From: Candidatus Zixiibacteriota bacterium
GTDB taxonomy: Bacteria > SM23-81 > DAOVCL01
NCBI GenBank assembly: GCA_030670005.1
Contig: DAOVCL010000002.1
Span: 1 to 34,912, forward strand
Direction of reading: 5' to 3'
DNA length: 34,912 bases
Shown: in pieces, positions 33,589 through 34,912 of the stretch
Layout of the letters: each line of letters starts with the position of its first letter
How positions within the stretch are numbered: position 1 is the stretch's first letter
Notes under the pieces: generated by a model
The model's input: only the letters and a program-made list of their open reading frames with translations
Database searches by the model: none
What the model was told of the DNA's origin: nothing
Translations under genes and position numbers: made by a program

Positions 33589-34527
33589 TCAAAATGTACG
33601 TTTACCTTTCTTCATCGCATCAATTTTAGCTTTCATTCGACCAATTACTTCGTCGTATGTGCGTAGATAAAGATTGGGAACATCAGATTGAATTTTACGG
33701 ACATCAATTGGATTTACCTCTCCCCTTCGTCCAATGATTACGAACATTTTAGGCCGATAGGCTAATAAACCGTATTTTTCATAGATTGTTTTTCGATTTT
33801 TTTCTTCGTCAAAAAATATGCTGTATTCTCGGAGTTGTGCACAGGCTTCTAATACGGCTGCCGTAAATCTAAGTCTATTTTTCTTTAATACAAATATCTG
33901 TGTTGAGGGAAGTTTCAGTTCGAGCAAATCGGATAATGAACTTTGATCAATTGGCTCTAAGACGAAATCTGGTATAAGCGAATCCCCATCATCTTTGGCT
34001 AAAACTATGTGAGGGTGTGCACTCTTGTATTCATCATTTAAAATAAAATCAGGATTTCTCTCAAAGAAATCTTGAAAATCTTTTTCTTTTGTATTCGTAT
34101 CATTTACCAGCGACTCTAGTTCTTCTACAGCAGTTCGTAACGCCATCGTTTCTGAAGAGGTGATATATAGAATGCTATGAAGATTTTGTTCATCATCAAG
34201 AAACTTATAATTACCATCAGGGCTGAGTGAGACCAGCTTAATCTTGTCACCAAAGAGAGTAAATGCAACAAATTCATGTTCCGGCAATTCTTGTGATTTA
34301 TTATCTTCTTCGGGTTCTTCTTCAGGGTCAATTCCACGAACAACATTCTCAGCCGCTGGACCATTTTTTAATTGGGTCCTTTCAAAGGTGACAACTTCAC
34401 CTTCTTTTAGCGTCTTAAAACCTTCGCCTTTTATAAAACTAAAGTGCACAAACAAATCTTCACCATTTTCATCTGTGATGAATCCATATCCCTTTTTTTC
34501 GTTAAACCACTCTACTGTGCCTTTCAT
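33589..34527 (-). CDS. Cold-shock domain fused to a Shedu-type (DUF4263, SduA-like) PD-(D/E)xK nuclease domain
   Basis: The N-terminus [47 protein letters not shown] is a CspA-type CSD with RNP1/RNP2-like blocks. An acidic linker follows. The DUF4263-like layout is [16 protein letters not shown]...IPDFVL...LLELKLP...AQLREY...[10 protein letters not shown]. Confidence 0.78.
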   Translation of the reverse strand: MKGTVEWFNEKKGYGFITDENGEDLFVHFSFIKGEGFKTLKEGEVVTFERTQLKNGPAAENVVRGIDPEEEPEEDNKSQELPEHEFVAFTLFGDKIKLVSLSPDGNYKFLDDEQNLHSILYITSSETMALRTAVEELESLVNDTNTKEKDFQDFFERNPDFILNDEYKSAHPHIVLAKDDGDSLIPDFVLEPIDQSSLSDLLELKLPSTQIFVLKKNRLRFTAAVLEACAQLREYSIFFDEEKNRKTIYEKYGLLAYRPKMFVIIGRRGEVNPIDVRKIQSDVPNLYLRTYDEVIGRMKAKIDAMKKGKRTF

Positions 34528-34604
34528 AATCCCTCTTTACATTAAAACCAATTCATTAATAGATTCTGAGCAACATATATTTGGAGTTTGACATTGATGA
34601 GAGA

Positions 34605-34677
34605 GCGCTAACGATCAAGCTCACCTGCCGCTATGGAGCGCAGCGGAATAGCGGTCAGGTGCAGCGCCTTGTTAGAA
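34605..34677. other. attC-like recombination site
   Basis: gcgCTAAC is followed by a spacer. CACCTG pairs with CAGGTG and CCGCTAT pairs with ATAGCGG around the loop GGAGCGCAGCGGA. One extra base sits in the right arm. The site ends with a second spacer and GTTAGaa. Confidence 0.65.
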
Positions 34678-34711
34678 GTTTTTATTTTCTATTGTAAATG
34701 TTTTTTGTTAT

Positions 34712-34906
34712 TCAAAAATATCTACTTTTCTGGAAATTTATTTTTAATTCCTTGTTCACCATTTTACAGTTAGGGCAAATTTTTTCCACTAATCTGTATA
34801 TATAATAAAGGACGTTTCTCTTTTTGCAATTCCGAGTGTATTTACACAGCGGACACTCGGCACAATGTTTAACAGCATCACTAGTTTTGTTTGTATTCTT
34901 ATTCAT
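34712..34906 (-). CDS. 64-aa cysteine-rich (zinc-ribbon-like) protein
   Basis: HCAECPLC...CPNC gives two CxxC pairs. The protein is basic. It is a single-ORF cassette upstream (in minus-strand sense) of the attC-like site at 34605..34677. Confidence 0.45.
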   Translation of the reverse strand: MNKNTNKTSDAVKHCAECPLCKYTRNCKKRNVLYYIYRLVEKICPNCKMVNKELKINFQKSRYF

Positions 34907-34912
34907 TTTATT

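Larger units (their letters stand above)
29884..34912 (-). mobile_element. Integron-type gene-cassette array (attC-separated minus-strand cassettes; integrase not in window)
   Basis: The region is A+T-rich. All ORFs are on the minus strand. Three attC-like imperfect palindromes separate them, at 31019..31092, 33411..33542 and 34605..34677. The cargo is typical of cassettes (TA-like pair, VOC, defence nuclease). Confidence 0.55.

Overview
The window comes from a moderately GC-rich diderm bacterium, probably uncultivated. All calls below were made by eye from the sequence and the ORF track; no searches were run.

Coordinates 1-29.7 kb are mostly core genome:
- a complete rnfCDGEAB operon
- a large secreted beta-propeller protein
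- tatC and nfo
- an MscS channel
- a mlaFED-type lipid-transport operon
- an arsR/NifX-like operon
- tatD and rsmA, followed by outer-membrane and lipoprotein genes

This backbone is heavily scarred. Decayed genes include a group II intron RT, a 5'-truncated lnt with an in-frame stop and a frameshift, and an IS200/RAYT-like stub. There is also an mscL stub, a carbamoyltransferase 3' remnant, and frameshifted mlaE and mlaF.

The backbone also carries at least four families of structured or palindromic repeats. One is a ~165-nt element present twice, with compensatory stem changes between the copies.

Between rnfB and tatC (9.2-14.2 kb) lies a compositionally mosaic insertion. It holds an SGNH hydrolase, a small membrane protein, a carbamoyltransferase, a Zn-ribbon methyltransferase and a DUF5989-like gene.

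The most interesting part is the A+T-rich right end (about 29.7-34.9 kb). It looks like an integron-type cassette array, with three attC-like sites, all ORFs on the minus strand and no integrase in the window. Its cassettes are:
- a PIN-like gene plus a small-ORF partner
- a VOC/glyoxalase gene
- a two-gene cassette: a Nudix/polyprenyl-synthase-like fusion plus a membrane-anchored protein, an architecture I do not recognise from any described system
- a cold-shock-domain/Shedu (DUF4263) nuclease fusion
- a small zinc-ribbon ORF

I recognised no rRNA, tRNA or CRISPR array.
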